This document shows, piece by piece, positions 15,106 to 27,227 of a DNA stretch of 64,000 nucleotides; the stretch's first letter is position 1; every line of letters starts with the position of its first letter. The position numbers and the translations under genes are program-made. The stretch is from Eledone cirrhosa (lineage: Eukaryota), in contig OZ024742.1 in the NCBI GenBank assembly GCA_964016885.1, forward strand, positions 38,254,001-38,318,000. The letters run 5' to 3'. The notes under the pieces are model-generated. The model searched no databases. It was not told the DNA's origin and was given only the letters and a program-made list of their open reading frames with translations.

Positions 15106-15354
15106 GACAATATATAAAAAACACACTTGCAGCAGGTTTGAACTCCTCACTTGTGAACAGATAGTTTCATACTTTATCCATTTGGCTATCATGTCTCTAA
15201 TACTGAAATAATACGTTCAAAATTAATAAGGATTAACAAAAAGTCTACTGCTGAAAGATAATTAAAAATCCCCATTATTAGTTATGAGATAAAGTATAAT
15301 GTAAGAATTAAATTACATATTAATTAAGATAAGTAATACATTGTGTATACTTAT

Positions 15355-15431
<77 letters not shown>

Positions 15432-15707
15432 CATAGTTTAACTAATGCCAAAACAACTCAATAAAAAAAGCACCATGAACACTAGGTTAAACGAGTTTAA
15501 ATGATATATAACAAGATATATATCAATTGAGAATCTACTAATATTTTGTATAATTAACACCATATCATCATCATCATCGTTTAACATCCATTTTCCACAC
15601 TAGCATGGATTAGACAGGTTGTCCCATTAGCGGTAAGTTGGGTCAGGTAACCATGACTGTTTCTGGCTAGATTCTATGGCTGAATGCCCTTCCTAATGCC
15701 AACCACA

Positions 15708-15940
15708 TTTACAGTGTGTGCTGGGTGCTTTTTGTTGTGACTCCTACACGACCACTTTACAGTGTGAGCTGGGTGCTTTTAGTTGTGACACCTACACGAC
15801 CACTTTACAGTGTGGGCTGGGTGCTTTTAGTCGTGACACCTACACGACCACTTTACAGTGTGGGCTGGGTGCTTTTAGTCGTGACACCTACACGACCACT
15901 TTACAGTGTGGGCTGGGTGCTTTTAGTCGTGACACCTACA
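15708..15940. repeat. 48-bp minisatellite (about 5 copies) inside an RTE-tail element
   Basis: TTTACAGTGTG starts at 15708, 15756, 15804, 15852 and 15900. Confidence 0.9.
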
Positions 15941-16296
15941 ATCTTAGTAATCAATATCAATCACCAATTATCGATTTTGGTAATAAGCATCTTAAGAGCA
16001 TGATTTCCTTCATTGGTAAGGGTAGGTCTTCTATCTCACACTTCTATATATATCTCATCATATATTTAAAAAAAAAACAATGAAGATTTGTTTACATGTT
16101 TTTATTGCTTATCAACCTGTTACGTATGTTTCACAGATGATTGGCTCAAGGTCCCCTATGGAAGCTATAGACCTGACCCCAGCATGGATATGCTTGTCAG
16201 ATTTGGTGATTCAACAAAAAACAGAATATGTTTGAGGCGATTGATAAAGTGTTGAATGTTGGTATTATGAGAAAAAAAAACTAAATACTGTCAAAA

Positions 16297-17072
16297 GGCA
16301 AAAATGCCTCAGTGGACAGAGACCAGTGGCCAGTAGTCAACAGAGAGACAATCCACAAGGTGGGTGACAGGCAGATGAAATATATATATATGTGTTTATG
16401 CCGTGCTCTTTTGTGAGTGTATATATATGTCGGGGGGGGGGGGGGGTATGGATGTGTGAGAACCAGAGAGGGCTGTTGGTCAGTCAGGTGTCCACTATTG
16501 GGCACAGCCAGACAAACATCACAATATTCAAAACAAGACAGGAGGCAATAAACTCCCTCAAAGAGACAGTGTGGAATTTGGTACAGCTTTATTTTACGGG
16601 GTCGATAACATAAAGCACCAGTAATACACTGGAATAATTGCTGGCTTTGTGCCAAAAATAGAAACAATTATTATTGTTAGAACTATTATTGGCTGGATTT
16701 GTTTGGAGTTTTTGACACTGTTGCTGCTACTGCTGTTATTGGTGTTGCTATTGTTGTTGATGGTGGTGTTGTCATTGCTGTTGCTGTTGTTGTCACCTGA
16801 CAAACAAATGTAACCTGACACCACTGCCTAGCTGTACCAAATTCCACACTGTCCCTTTGAGGGAGTTTATTGCCTCTTGTCTTGTTTTCAATATTGTGAT
16901 GTGGACTCCCTCTAATCCCCCCCCCCTCACACACACACACACAGATGTATATATACACACTCACAAAAGAATACAGGCATAAACACATATATATGTTTCA
17001 TCTGCCTGGCACCCACCTTGTTGATTGTCTCTCTGTTGACCACTGGTCTCTGTCCACTGAGGCATTTTTGCC
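16297..17072. repeat. Large inverted repeat (arms 16297-16588 and 16830-17072)
   Basis: GGCAAAAATGCCTCAGTGGACAGAGACCAGTGG...GTGTGGAATTTGGTACAGCT is mirrored by AGCTGTACCAAATTCCACAC...CCACTGGTCTCTGTCCACTGAGGCATTTTTGCC. Confidence 0.9.
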
Positions 17073-17169
17073 CATTGCTGTCTTTTGCCCATTTAGCTGT
17101 TTTTTTTCTTCTCATTTTTATATGTATTCAAATAAACTCTCACTTCGTCTCGATCAGAGATAACATTAT

Positions 17170-17468
17170 TTTATGTTGCTTTGTAGTCGAATCCTGAATC
17201 TTCCAGTTCCTTTCTGACCTTTTCCACCATTCTGACGCTAAGAAAGTCTGAAATTTCCTTATTTGTCCTCCCGGTGCGGATTCCAAGAAGAACTCCGCGT
17301 CTCTTCCACAAATTTGGAGGTTCAAAACTATTCATAATCAATTATTCTGAAAATAAATAATGGAAATATACTCACTGTTTTTATGAAGACAAGAGTGACA
17401 ACGGAAATAAAAAAAATTTGCATAAAATTAGCAGTTGAAAATTACAAACAAATATCGTCCACACCCTG
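17170..17468 (-). mobile_element. Same maT-type family, 5' half with TIR and transposase N-terminus
   Basis: TIR CAGGGTGTGGACGATATTTGTTTGTAA (17468-17442) matches the 27430 TIR at 23/27. The minus strand encodes MNSFEPPNLWKRRGVLLGIRTGRTNKEISDFLSVRMVEKVRKELEDSGFDYKAT (HTH-like). Confidence 0.8.
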
Positions 17469-17753
17469 TCTAAAAGTCTAAAGTCTGTCTTAAGTCAGAA
17501 GGCTCATTTGGCTAGTGCTTATCCCGGTTTCATGGCGTGAAGCGACTGAGAGTACAAGACTCTCCCCTGGACAGGACGCCAGTCCATCGCAGGGTTAAAC
17601 CTCCAGCTATTGCTGGTACTCATTTTCAGCTGAGTATACTGGAGCAACGTGAAAATGAAGTGTTTTGCTCAAGAACACAACACACAACCCAGGAATTGAG
17701 CCCACGACATTATGATCGTAAGTCCAACACTCTTACCACTAGGCCACGTGCCT

Positions 17754-17822
<69 letters not shown>

Positions 17823-17999
17823 ATAGATATGTGTATGTGCATAGCATATCTATATGTATGCATGTATTTATGTATGTACGTATGTATGTACATATATATA
17901 AAGCAGAACTAAACTGGAAGCAAATTAGTTTAAATGAGATGCAGTGCAACCAATAAAAACAATGCCAATCTACAAACAGCAAATTGCTTAAGTTACGGA

Positions 18000-18600
18000 A
18001 TTTTTATATCTCGGTCACAAACTATCATCAAACAACAATGGAATGGTTGCTGCGCAATATCGAATCGCTCTAGGTTGGGCAGCTTTCAACAAGAACAAGG
18101 AAGTACTAACATCAAAACAAGTTTCCTATTGTTTGAAGGCTAAGATCTTTGATACTTACATCCTACCAGTTGTGTTATATGGTCTTGACTGTGTTAATTG
18201 GACGACAAGGTCACTTGAGAAGCTCTACATTCCAGAACTACATCATGAGACTTATGACTGGCAAGCTGCTCAGCGAGCGTATCTGTATCAGTGAGCTGCT
18301 CAACATTACCAGACTTAGACCAATTACATCAATTGTCAAGTCAAGAATACTCAAACTATACAGTCATATAAAAAGATCAACTTGTGGTGTGAGTAGGTTA
18401 TGCCTGGAAGGAAGGTCGGCTGGTAAGAGAAGCAGAGGCTGGCAGCCAAAACAATGGCTTGACAATGTCAATTTATGGACTGTACTTGATCTTTGCTCTT
18501 TGAACCCTGCTGCTGGCGATTGAACTTTGTGGAGAGAGATATCACATGTTAATGCACAGTCTGCAACTGGCAGAGTTTAGCGTCACAAGAAGAAGTGCAT
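18000..18600 (+). mobile_element. RTE-like LINE C-terminal fragment (different family)
   Basis: RIALGWAAF..LKAKIFDTYILPVVLYG..W and KRSRGWQPKQWLDNV motifs. Confidence 0.75.
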
Positions 18601-20117
18601 GTTTTTGCCAGGATAGAGCATCACCAATGTTCTCTTCCATTTTGCTACTTGAGGATCAGAGGCATGAGATATTTTGTGTTTCAAACCAATGATCCAACAT
18701 GAAGCAGGACAAAATTTATGAAAAATACATATATAATTGTTTCTACTTTTTTTATGCTAAGAAGCAATTAACATGGAAATGTTACTATGAGATGTTGCTG
18801 AATGAGAAAAATGCATGGAATATAGAGAGTCTACCCCCAGTAGACCCAACTGAGTGACCAGCTATTGAAATTGAGGACTATGCAATTGAAATTGTCATTT
18901 AGGATATGAAAGCAACCAGAACAATAGGAATATTCACTGGGGTAGGACATATGCTAATTCCTCATCACTATATGTTGGAGTTTTCACTATAGTCATCAGT
19001 TAGATGGACACATATAAGTAGGAAGATAGATCAGTCAGTCACACTTCTCATTTACATGCCGAAAGACTGCTTGATCTAGCTTGACATGGGGATACACAAC
19101 AACTGCAGCTCCATTTCAGAAAATTTTAGAACTGCACAAATCTTTGAGGCAAGTGTTACGACTCAGTGTTTTATATTCCCTGAATCTAAGCAGCATTTGT
19201 AATGTGTATTTTTAACATTTCATGAGTATTTAAACTTTTTTAACCATCATTTACCATATGAGTAGGGGGCAAATTTGTAGTTGTTAGAACATCAGATAGA
19301 ATGCAGTATCCGTTTTGGCTCTCTGCTCTCTGAGTTCAATTCTCGTTGAGGTCAACTTTGCCTTTCATCCATTCAAAGTTAATAAAAAATATACTGGGTC
19401 GATTCTTCCTCTATATAGTTTTCTTCCATTCTTTCATTCTCTTCAGACCTGGAGAGGAAATGGGCTCTATCAGGTTATAAAATCCCCTAGAAATGTCATA
19501 TGTCAATACAGTGAGTCCTAAGACTGCCACAGGAGCTATGTGACTATGCATTACCACATGAGTGCATGTAGTATTCGACAAAAAATATAAAATTACAGCA
19601 CAATATTAAATTTAGAACTACGCAAGCAAGGTCCAGTTGTACATTAAAATAATCACTGCTATCACATCTGAAATGTCCTGGTTCTTTGTCAGTCTGCCAG
19701 AGATCTCAGCATTTTTCCTGTAGCCATTGTTTTTGCTTAGTCTGAAAATCAGATTGATACATTGAAACATGTTCCATTAATGCATCACTGGATCAATGCC
19801 AATAACTTGTTTGTGGTTAAAAACAAGTTTCTGTGGCTACTATGTCCAATATACAGTATATCAGACATATCTATAATCAAAGAACAGGTCTAGAAAGTAT
19901 ATAAACACAGTAGGACTAGTATGATTATAATTGAATGGAGCATTAGAAAATGCCTGTGTTAATTATACAAGGACAATACCTATATTATATATATATATAT
20001 ATATCATCATCATGATCATCATCTATATATATATATATTATATATATATATATATATCATATATATATATAATTTAATTTGAGAGTGAACAACACAAAAT
20101 ATAACTATATATATATA

Positions 20118-21150
20118 CACAAGGTACACTCAAGAAGTTTTGAGACTTTTTTTTTAACCACTTTTAATTGACCTGTGTAATTGTCACTCTAATAAATCCT
20201 TAATGTGGTTATAAAAAGCTAACATGCCAAATTTCATTTTTTGCAGGTTAAAGGTTCTAGCTGCTACAGCACTTTAAATACTACCCATCATATATGTCTT
20301 GTCTGACTGGTTCCACAATGCAGTTGTGACATGGGGACTACTTGGAGGCTTGATATGCAATAAAGTTTTGTGTTAAGCTCAGCAAAAACATTGCAGAAAC
20401 CTACGAAAATGTAAAAACTGCTTACAAACTAACTTTTATGAGCCAGTCAACTGTTTTTCGCTGGCACAAAAGGCGCCGGAAAGGCAGGGAGCAGATGAGG
20501 GACAATAAGAGGTGTGACAGGGAGAAAGACATCAGGGCACCAAAGCTGGTCGACAAAATTTGCAAATTTCTGGATGAGGACCGTTGTGCATCACTTCTGA
20601 TGACTGTCAAACAATTTGAAGTGGCTGAGGGCACCATGCAGAAAGTTTGTGCAAGGGTACTCAATGAAGTTCAAAGGAAGAGGCGCGTTGATGACAACAG
20701 GGAGCTGGTCAAGTGGATCTCTCTGAATCCAAGTGTCTTTAAGTCTCTGATAACCTGTTGTGACGAGAGCTGGGTCTACTGTTATGATCCAGAGATCAAG
20801 AGACAGAGTGCCCAGTGGAAACATTCTGACTCCCCAAGACCCAAGAAGGCCAGGCGAAGCAGGTTCACTGGGAAGCTCATGATGATTCTATTTAGCAGCA
20901 AGGGCATCATCTACATCCACTGTGTTCCTCATGACCAGACAGTCAACAAAAAGTATTATGTAGAGGTTTTGAGGCAATTCAGAAAGAGATTTCATCACAA
21001 GAGACCAGAACTCTTCAAGTCTAGCCAGTGGCACCTGCACCAGGACAATACCCCTTGTAACAAATCCATCCTGGTGACCAACTACTTGCCCAATATGGGG
21101 ATCAAGACTGTTCCTCATGCGACTTCTGGATGTTCTCGAAGCTGAAGGAG
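20118..21150 (+). mobile_element. Mariner (DD34D-type) transposon remnant
   Basis: ORF 20438-21145 has VFRWH, ITCCDESWVYCYDPE.KRQS.QW and HLHQDN; the start is flanked by a TA tract and the 3' end is lost. Confidence 0.88.
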
Positions 21151-22321
21151 AAGCTCAGGGATATCCACTTTCCTATCCAACTCCTGCATGCATAGAAAGC
21201 TGGGCATGCTCCACAATATACTGTCAAGCACAACTCCCAAGACCACACATGACACGTTGCTTTCTCCCCAACAATGCTGGTGCCATGACAAAAAGCACCC
21301 AGTCTACCCAGTCAGGTGGTAGTGCTGGCGCCACAATAAAAAGCACCTGGTTCACTCTCTAAGATGGTTGTACTGATGTCACAGAAAAAAGCACTCTGTC
21401 CATCCTGTCCCAAGCCCAAAACGCAGGATGTGGTCACATGGTCTGTCCAGCTAAACCATAAAAGCATAAAAAACAGTGATGATAATGATGATGATGACAC
21501 CTCCTACAATCAGACATAAACTGTATATAAACATTTATATATGTTTATATATAAACAAAATCTATTAATTGACATAGTAGACAAATAAGATAATTGTTTC
21601 TACTTTAGGCACAAGGCCAGCAATTACCCTGTGCATTACTGGTACTTTATTTTATCGATGAAAGGCAAAGTCAACCTAGGCGGGATTTGAGTTAATGCAG
21701 GTTATATTGCTTGTTGTTGGAATGTATAGAAATGTTGATGGTATTGTGCTGGTGATGACAGTGGTAGTGGGAGGTGCTGATGTCATTGTTGTTGTTGGTG
21801 GTGAAAGGATAGTCAATATTGCTTTTGTTGTTGTGCTGGTGGTTGTGTTTGTGTTAGTTGTGGTGGTGGTGGTGGTGTTGATGACGGTGGTGTGGGAACG
21901 ATGTTGGTGTTGGTGGAGTGGCAATGTAACTTTTCCTATTTCATCAGGTGACACAGCTTTCTCACCCTCCCAAAAGATCGCCTGTTGCTTCAGACTTCTT
22001 TTTTCAAATCTCACGTGATCAATCAGTGACACCATTTGAATTCTGACCAGCAATGAAGTTCAGCAGGTTTGTGGAGTGGCAGGGTGACAGTATAACAAGG
22101 TAGCAGAGTAACAGGGTAATGCATATGAATAATGACTTTAAAAATACATACAAAAGTATTTGTGAAATAAAATGGCTATGTGGTTAAGGAGTTTGCTTTA
22201 CAACCACATGGATTCAGGTTCAATCCCACTATGTGGCAACTTGGGTATCTTCTACTATAGCCATGGGTCTAGCTATACCTTGTGAATGAAATGTTTGTGT
22301 CATAGCACTAGCACGACTGTC

Positions 22322-22674
22322 TTAACCCTTTAGTATTTACGATGATGATGATGATGATTACTCTATATTTACTTTTGTATTTTCACAGCAAACACTTTAC
22401 TGTGCATAATTATCTTACATAATAAAGTATCTTACATAATAAATTATCTTACAAAATAAAGTACCAGTAATACACTGAGATAATTGCTGGCCTTGTGCCA
22501 ACAAGTAGCAACAATAATTATCTTACATAATATTGAAGCTACAAGATTTTGATGTTATTTATTTTGAGAAGAATACTTTAACATTGGTATGAGAGGCTGA
22601 TTATGGCTGTTTTGAACGGAAAGAGGTTAAAAAATTCTGGCTGGATATGGCGCGTTTAAATGCTAAAGGGTTAA
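22322..22674. mobile_element. piggyBac-type MITE, family A (with internal insertions)
   Basis: TTAACCCTTTAG ... TGCTAAAGGGTTAA termini. Confidence 0.78.
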
Positions 22675-23697
22675 AGGATGAACTGGATGCTTTTTGTCAT
22701 GTCATCAGCACTACTACATTACAGGGTGAATTGGGTGTTTTATCATGTCCACAGTGCTACCTCATTACAAAATTTGGATGCCTGTTGTGTTCTTGTTCCT
22801 GCTGGGAAGGGCAATGATAAGAGTAAGATGAGAGAACAAGCATCAGGCTACATGTTACTTGGAAATTGGGGAGGATCTCATAGTAGGAGAGCCATCGCCA
22901 TATCATAGGTGTGGCTTTGAAGAAAATGAATTGCATTTGGCAGTATATTGTGGAATGTTTTAGGCTATGCATGCATGGTTTGGACAGGAAAAGATTATCA
23001 GGGATGTGGAAAGGAGATCGGAGTGCACATCATCAACATTATCAATGATAAACATTTATTTTCTATGCCTGACTGAGCCAGATGGTTATGGCGACCACGT
23101 CTGGTCCATACATTTCATTTAGATCATCAGCATATAGGAGTTCCTATATATATGGGCAACCAGTTTTGAACTCTTCTGTTATGGTTTATGCACACACACA
23201 CAAACATGGAAAGAAAGTGAAACATTTATGTAATATATATATAAACTTAAGAAAATTAACAAAATAGGACAAGACAACATTATTTTAAAAATAAATATAC
23301 AAACGAAAGACACAGAATTCCATGGTCATCGGCCGTTGAGATGGACTTGGGTAGTTTCAACCTCTACCATCCATCAGGGAGTCACAGCGTCTGACATAAG
23401 CCAAATGCTGTCCAAAGGAGTAGGAGACAAAAGACAAGACATTAATTTATAGCTGTTCAGCTACAAACATACAATTGTGTATGACGTTTGGGAAGATGTC
23501 TGGTGCCTCACATATAATTATATATTTATATATTTATATTGTTATACTTTGGGAGGGTCATGTTGCTAATAAGAAACACACGCACCAGTTGCTTTCACTT
23601 CAATTTATTATAATAAATTTATAAATTTAGGAATTTATAAATTTATAAATTTCTGGTTGGTTGGTTGGTTCCACAACCAGATAGTTGTTTATATATT

Positions 23698-23740
23698 GTC
23701 AAAGTTCTTTCGTCACACATTCTGTGACCTCATCAGTGAC
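23698..23740 (-). ncRNA. Minimal type I hammerhead ribozyme in the PLE pseudo-LTR
   Basis: Minus strand reads GTCA-CTGATGA-G-GTCACA-GAATG-TGTGAC-GAAA-GAA-CTT-TGAC: intact core, 6-bp stem II, minimal stem III, CUU cleavage triplet and 4-bp stem I. Confidence 0.8.
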
Positions 23741-23941
23741 TGGGGATTTTTTTCTTTGTTTTTGTGCCTCTCCTTTGTTCTGTCCTACGCCATTTTGTTT
23801 CTGTGTGTGTGTTGTGTGCTCAGTCTGCGCATGCGCCACATCCGGGTGTCTGTGTGTGTTTATATTTGTTTATTTATTTGTTTATTTACAAGTTACTGGT
23901 TGGTTGTTTGTTCTATGTGTGTGTGTGTTTTCATTTTGTCC

Positions 23942-25452
23942 TTAATTGTAAGTTGTGATGTTGCTGTTCCACTCATATTTTCTATTTAATTTTGGTTGTA
24001 ATTCTTTTATGTTTATTGCCTCTGTGATTTGTCTAAACATTGCGTCTTTTCTGTGTGTAGATTCTATTTTTATTTCTATGTTCTCTAATTTACCCTTATG
24101 TTCTATTTTAGCATGTTGGTAGAGTACAGATGATTCTTTACTATCTTGAAGGTCTCGCCAGTGTTCATTTATCCGTTCCCCTACACTACTGGCTGTCTCA
24201 CCTATGTACACTATATTTTTGTCTCTACATTGTCCTTCAGTACATCTTATGCTATACACTACATTTCTAGTTTTACAGTTAATATGGGGGCTTATTTTAC
24301 AGGTTATACAATTCTTATCTATACAGGGGGGGTCTTTGAAAAGGGTATGTCTTGCTAATAAGTGTTTTTACGGAGGTACCTGGTCTTTCTACTATCTTAA
24401 TATTGAGTTTATGTTTATCTAGGGCCCTTCTAAATTTGTAAGCTAATTCACCTCTAGGGGTTGTATCGATGAACATTACACTCTGGTATTTATTGCTATC
24501 ATACCATGAGTTTATTCTATTAGCCTTATTCCTAGTTCTTTCTATTCTATTCCAAAATTTGCTCCTATACAAGGGGCAGGTCCCATTTGTGTCATTATTT
24601 ACCATTTTTTCCCATTTGGTTCTGGCTCTTCTATACACTCTGATTTTATCTCTCTGATTGTAACCAGAGAACTGCATACGGTGGATGAAGTGTTGTATGT
24701 GTCTCTCTAGTTCTTCGGGGTTGCACATGCGGGACACGTTTCTCATCACCCGTACCAAATCCGCAATCAGTATGTTGATTTTGGTATGGTCCGAAACAGC
24801 CGAGTTTCGGTGGATCAGATGTTTGGAAGTCATGGGTTTGGCATAATGGGAATGGAGGATTTGTTTTTTGTTATTAATGGTATCTAACCAGAGCTCTGTG
24901 TCTAGTACAGGTAATCGATGGTTGGGGTGTTTACTTGGGTAGTCTATAGTAACTCTAATACTCTGGTGGATGGAGTTAGCTATTTGCTGGATGCTTTCCA
25001 TTGTGTTTTTCTCTAGTTCCTGACTGTTCTCTAGTGGGGGTGTCTTAACTACGATGTTTATATCATCAACGTAGCGGGAGTACATTATCAGGGTTAAGGG
25101 GTCTTCTAATTGTTCTTTAAGTTTAAGTTTAAGTCTACTGTCCCACCATACCATGAATAAGTTAGCTATGTCGCCTGCAATGCTAACACCAATGGCTGCT
25201 CCTTCCTCTTGGGCATATGTTTTTCCATTAAATTTGAACATATGTTCCTTAAGGGTTAGTTTTATGCTGGCCCCTACCGCATGTGCAATCATTTTCTTCA
25301 GTTCATCGTGGTTTTTGGGTGTCCGTATGGCTCTGGTCCACCCGTTCCATCTATCTGTGTGGGTTTTCTTGGCCATTGAGGTAATGGTAAGTGGTCTGCC
25401 TCTTGCTGGTCTTGTAGGGCACAGGTTGCTAAGGTCATATGTGTCTAGGTAT
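23942..25452 (-). pseudogene. PLE RT-linker-GIY-YIG ORF with a single +1 frameshift in a C7 run (+ strand G run 24326-24332)
   Basis: Removing one C joins ...PFQRPP to CIDKNCITCKISPHINCKTRNVVYSIRC... giving a continuous frame to the stop at 23942. Confidence 0.85.
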
Positions 25453-26159
25453 ATTTATATATATATATATATTTACTTAAAGATGGAATGTTTTGGATCA
25501 ATATTAGCTTTAATCTTTTTATCTTCTTTGCCATCTTTCTTTACCTTTGAGCCATAAAGCTTTTTGTGCATCATCTGCATATATATGCTGTTTATCCCAG
25601 TTTAGAATAGGTACACAGTATATCTGAGTGTTATAGGAAGTGACTAAAAGAGCCAGCATCAGGAAGGGCATCCAGCTGTAAAACATTACCTCAAAATATC
25701 TCATCTAAACCATTCCAGCATGGAAAAGTGGGGTTAAAAACGCTGATGATGATGAGGATGAAATGTGGTGTAATGTTTGGAAGTGAAACTGCTTTTCTAA
25801 CCACATGATCATTGTAAAATAGCCATGCTGGTGGCACAACAAAAAGCACCCCATCCACTGTGTAAAGTGGTCATGTTGGTGACATGACAACAAACACCCA
25901 GCCCACCCTGTAAGGTGGTCATGTTGCTGACATGATGAAATTATACCCAGTCCATGATGTAAATGGTGTTGGCATTAGGAACGACATCCAGCTGTTGAAA
26001 CTAAGTCAGACACAGTTCTATATGAGCAAGACACAGTCACCTGATCTGACTTGTCTCACAATACGACAATTCGTCTAACTCATTCTAGTGTGGAAAATGG
26101 ACAGTAAACAATGATGATGATGATGATGATATATATATTTATAGATATCTATATATCAT

Positions 26160-26990
26160 CTAAGCACGAATTAAGAGAGAGACTAAGCATAAGAGGAATC
26201 AAATGCTGTGTGCAGGAGAGGAGATTGTGTTGGTATGGACATGTGATCAAGGGCGGATTGGGACTTAAAATCGGCCTTGGCAAATCCGAAGCAACCGGCC
26301 CTTGTTGCACTGAAGATCCGCACCTGGTCGCGATTGTTCAGTTTGTCAGTAAGGTCAATCAGTGTGAAAATCAGCAGCAACCAATATTCTGAGAATTCGA
26401 GGGGGAATTTATGTACGCTACACATTAAAACAAAATAAGTGATTATTGTAATTTTTAATAAAAATAACTATTGTAAATAACTTTTTAATAATTATTATAT
26501 CATAACATGTTTTTCATTTGTAGTATTTTTTAAAGTTGTATTTTTTGCGCCCCTCTAAATCCTGCGCCCCAGGCAAGCGCCTAGTTCGCCTAACAGTAGC
26601 GCCGGCCCTGCCAATGACCATGCTACACAACATAGTACTAACATTCTTCGGCATGCAGGCAGGCAGGCCACACTGCAAGCTGCAGTGTCAGTGACCAAAA
26701 TATTGTCAAAAATTTTCGCAGCAGCACCGGCCGTTCTGGCATTTGCCCGGTTGCCCGATAAGCCAATCCGCCAGTTGCATAAGAAAATGCAGAGCACTAA
26801 AATTCGATGGAAGTTTTGGAGTGGGGAAACGCAGGAAGACCTGGAATGAAGTGATAAAAACTGACCTTGCCCAATTGGACCTCTCAAAGGCGATGACACA
26901 GGACTGAGACCTCTGGCATTACGCAGTAATAAAGAAGACCCAAGTTCCCACAAGTACAAGCTGAAGCATATAGACAATATGCCTCCACGT
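26160..26990 (+). mobile_element. RTE 3' fragment split by an inserted MITE
   Basis: KHELRERLSIRGIKCCVQERRLCWYGHVI before 26248; CIRKCRALKFDGSFG..RKTW resumes near 26776. Confidence 0.75.
26248..26777. mobile_element. MITE with GGCGGATTGG terminal inverted repeats, containing a second GC-rich element end (~26545-26610)
   Basis: CAAGGGCGGATTGG at 26248 and CCAATCCGCCAGTTG at 26763-26777; non-coding interior. Confidence 0.6.
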
Positions 26991-27138
26991 TCGGTGTTCG
27001 ACAGTGTACTAAGAATGAGAAATGAAATTTCATTTTTTCCATTTATCGTTTTTGGTACGCCCGGCTGACTAACTCACTCGATATGCAAATTAGGCTGCTC
27101 AGCCGTTAATATGCATAAGGAAAGTATATACTTTCAAA

Positions 27139-27227
27139 TGTTCAATCGACTGACAGGAAGGTATATGGTGCTGATGACAGCTAATAAGCTAGAAACTAGT
27201 TCATAGTTCCTTTGTCAGTGTTGAACA
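27139..27227 (+). ncRNA. Type I hammerhead-like motif with long interrupted stem I
   Basis: CTGATGA (27171-27177), CAGCT-AATA-AGCTA, GAAAC-TA-GTT. The flanks pair: TGTTCAA/TTGAACA, ACTGACA/TGTCAGT, GGAA/TTCC. A C.A mismatch closes stem II. Confidence 0.6.

Larger units (their letters stand above)
23510..25452 (-). mobile_element. Penelope-like retroelement (RT + C-terminal GIY-YIG endonuclease + pseudo-LTR), 5'-truncated
   Basis: ORF 25376-24315 has PLE RT motifs (QEEGAAIG, YSRYVDD, LPVLDT, HYAKPMTS, MQFSGY). ORF 24259-23942 is a GIY-YIG domain (VYSIRC...YIGET...RINEH...H...E...LNRKYEW). The element starts in a (TA)n tract and its 3' region carries a hammerhead motif. Confidence 0.92.

Noticed and set aside
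15708-15940. Regular 48-bp repeats resembling a CRISPR array (also 28723-29122)
   Set aside because: Head-to-tail units with no unique spacers, eukaryotic context and no cas genes; it is a minisatellite within an RTE tail.
17144-17346. Minus-strand host exon (CAG...GTGAG)
   Set aside because: The sequence encodes a transposase N-terminus next to a TIR.
21676-22053. Thr-rich mucin-like or Val-rich membrane ORFs (also 16594-16988, 43101-43441)
   Set aside because: They arise from GGT/GTT low-complexity trinucleotide tracts with no domain signal.
23942-25452. Naiad-type selenoprotein PLE or group II intron/retron RT
   Set aside because: The endonuclease is C-terminal, no in-frame UGA is seen in the ORFs, and a hammerhead is present; this fits a canonical PLE.
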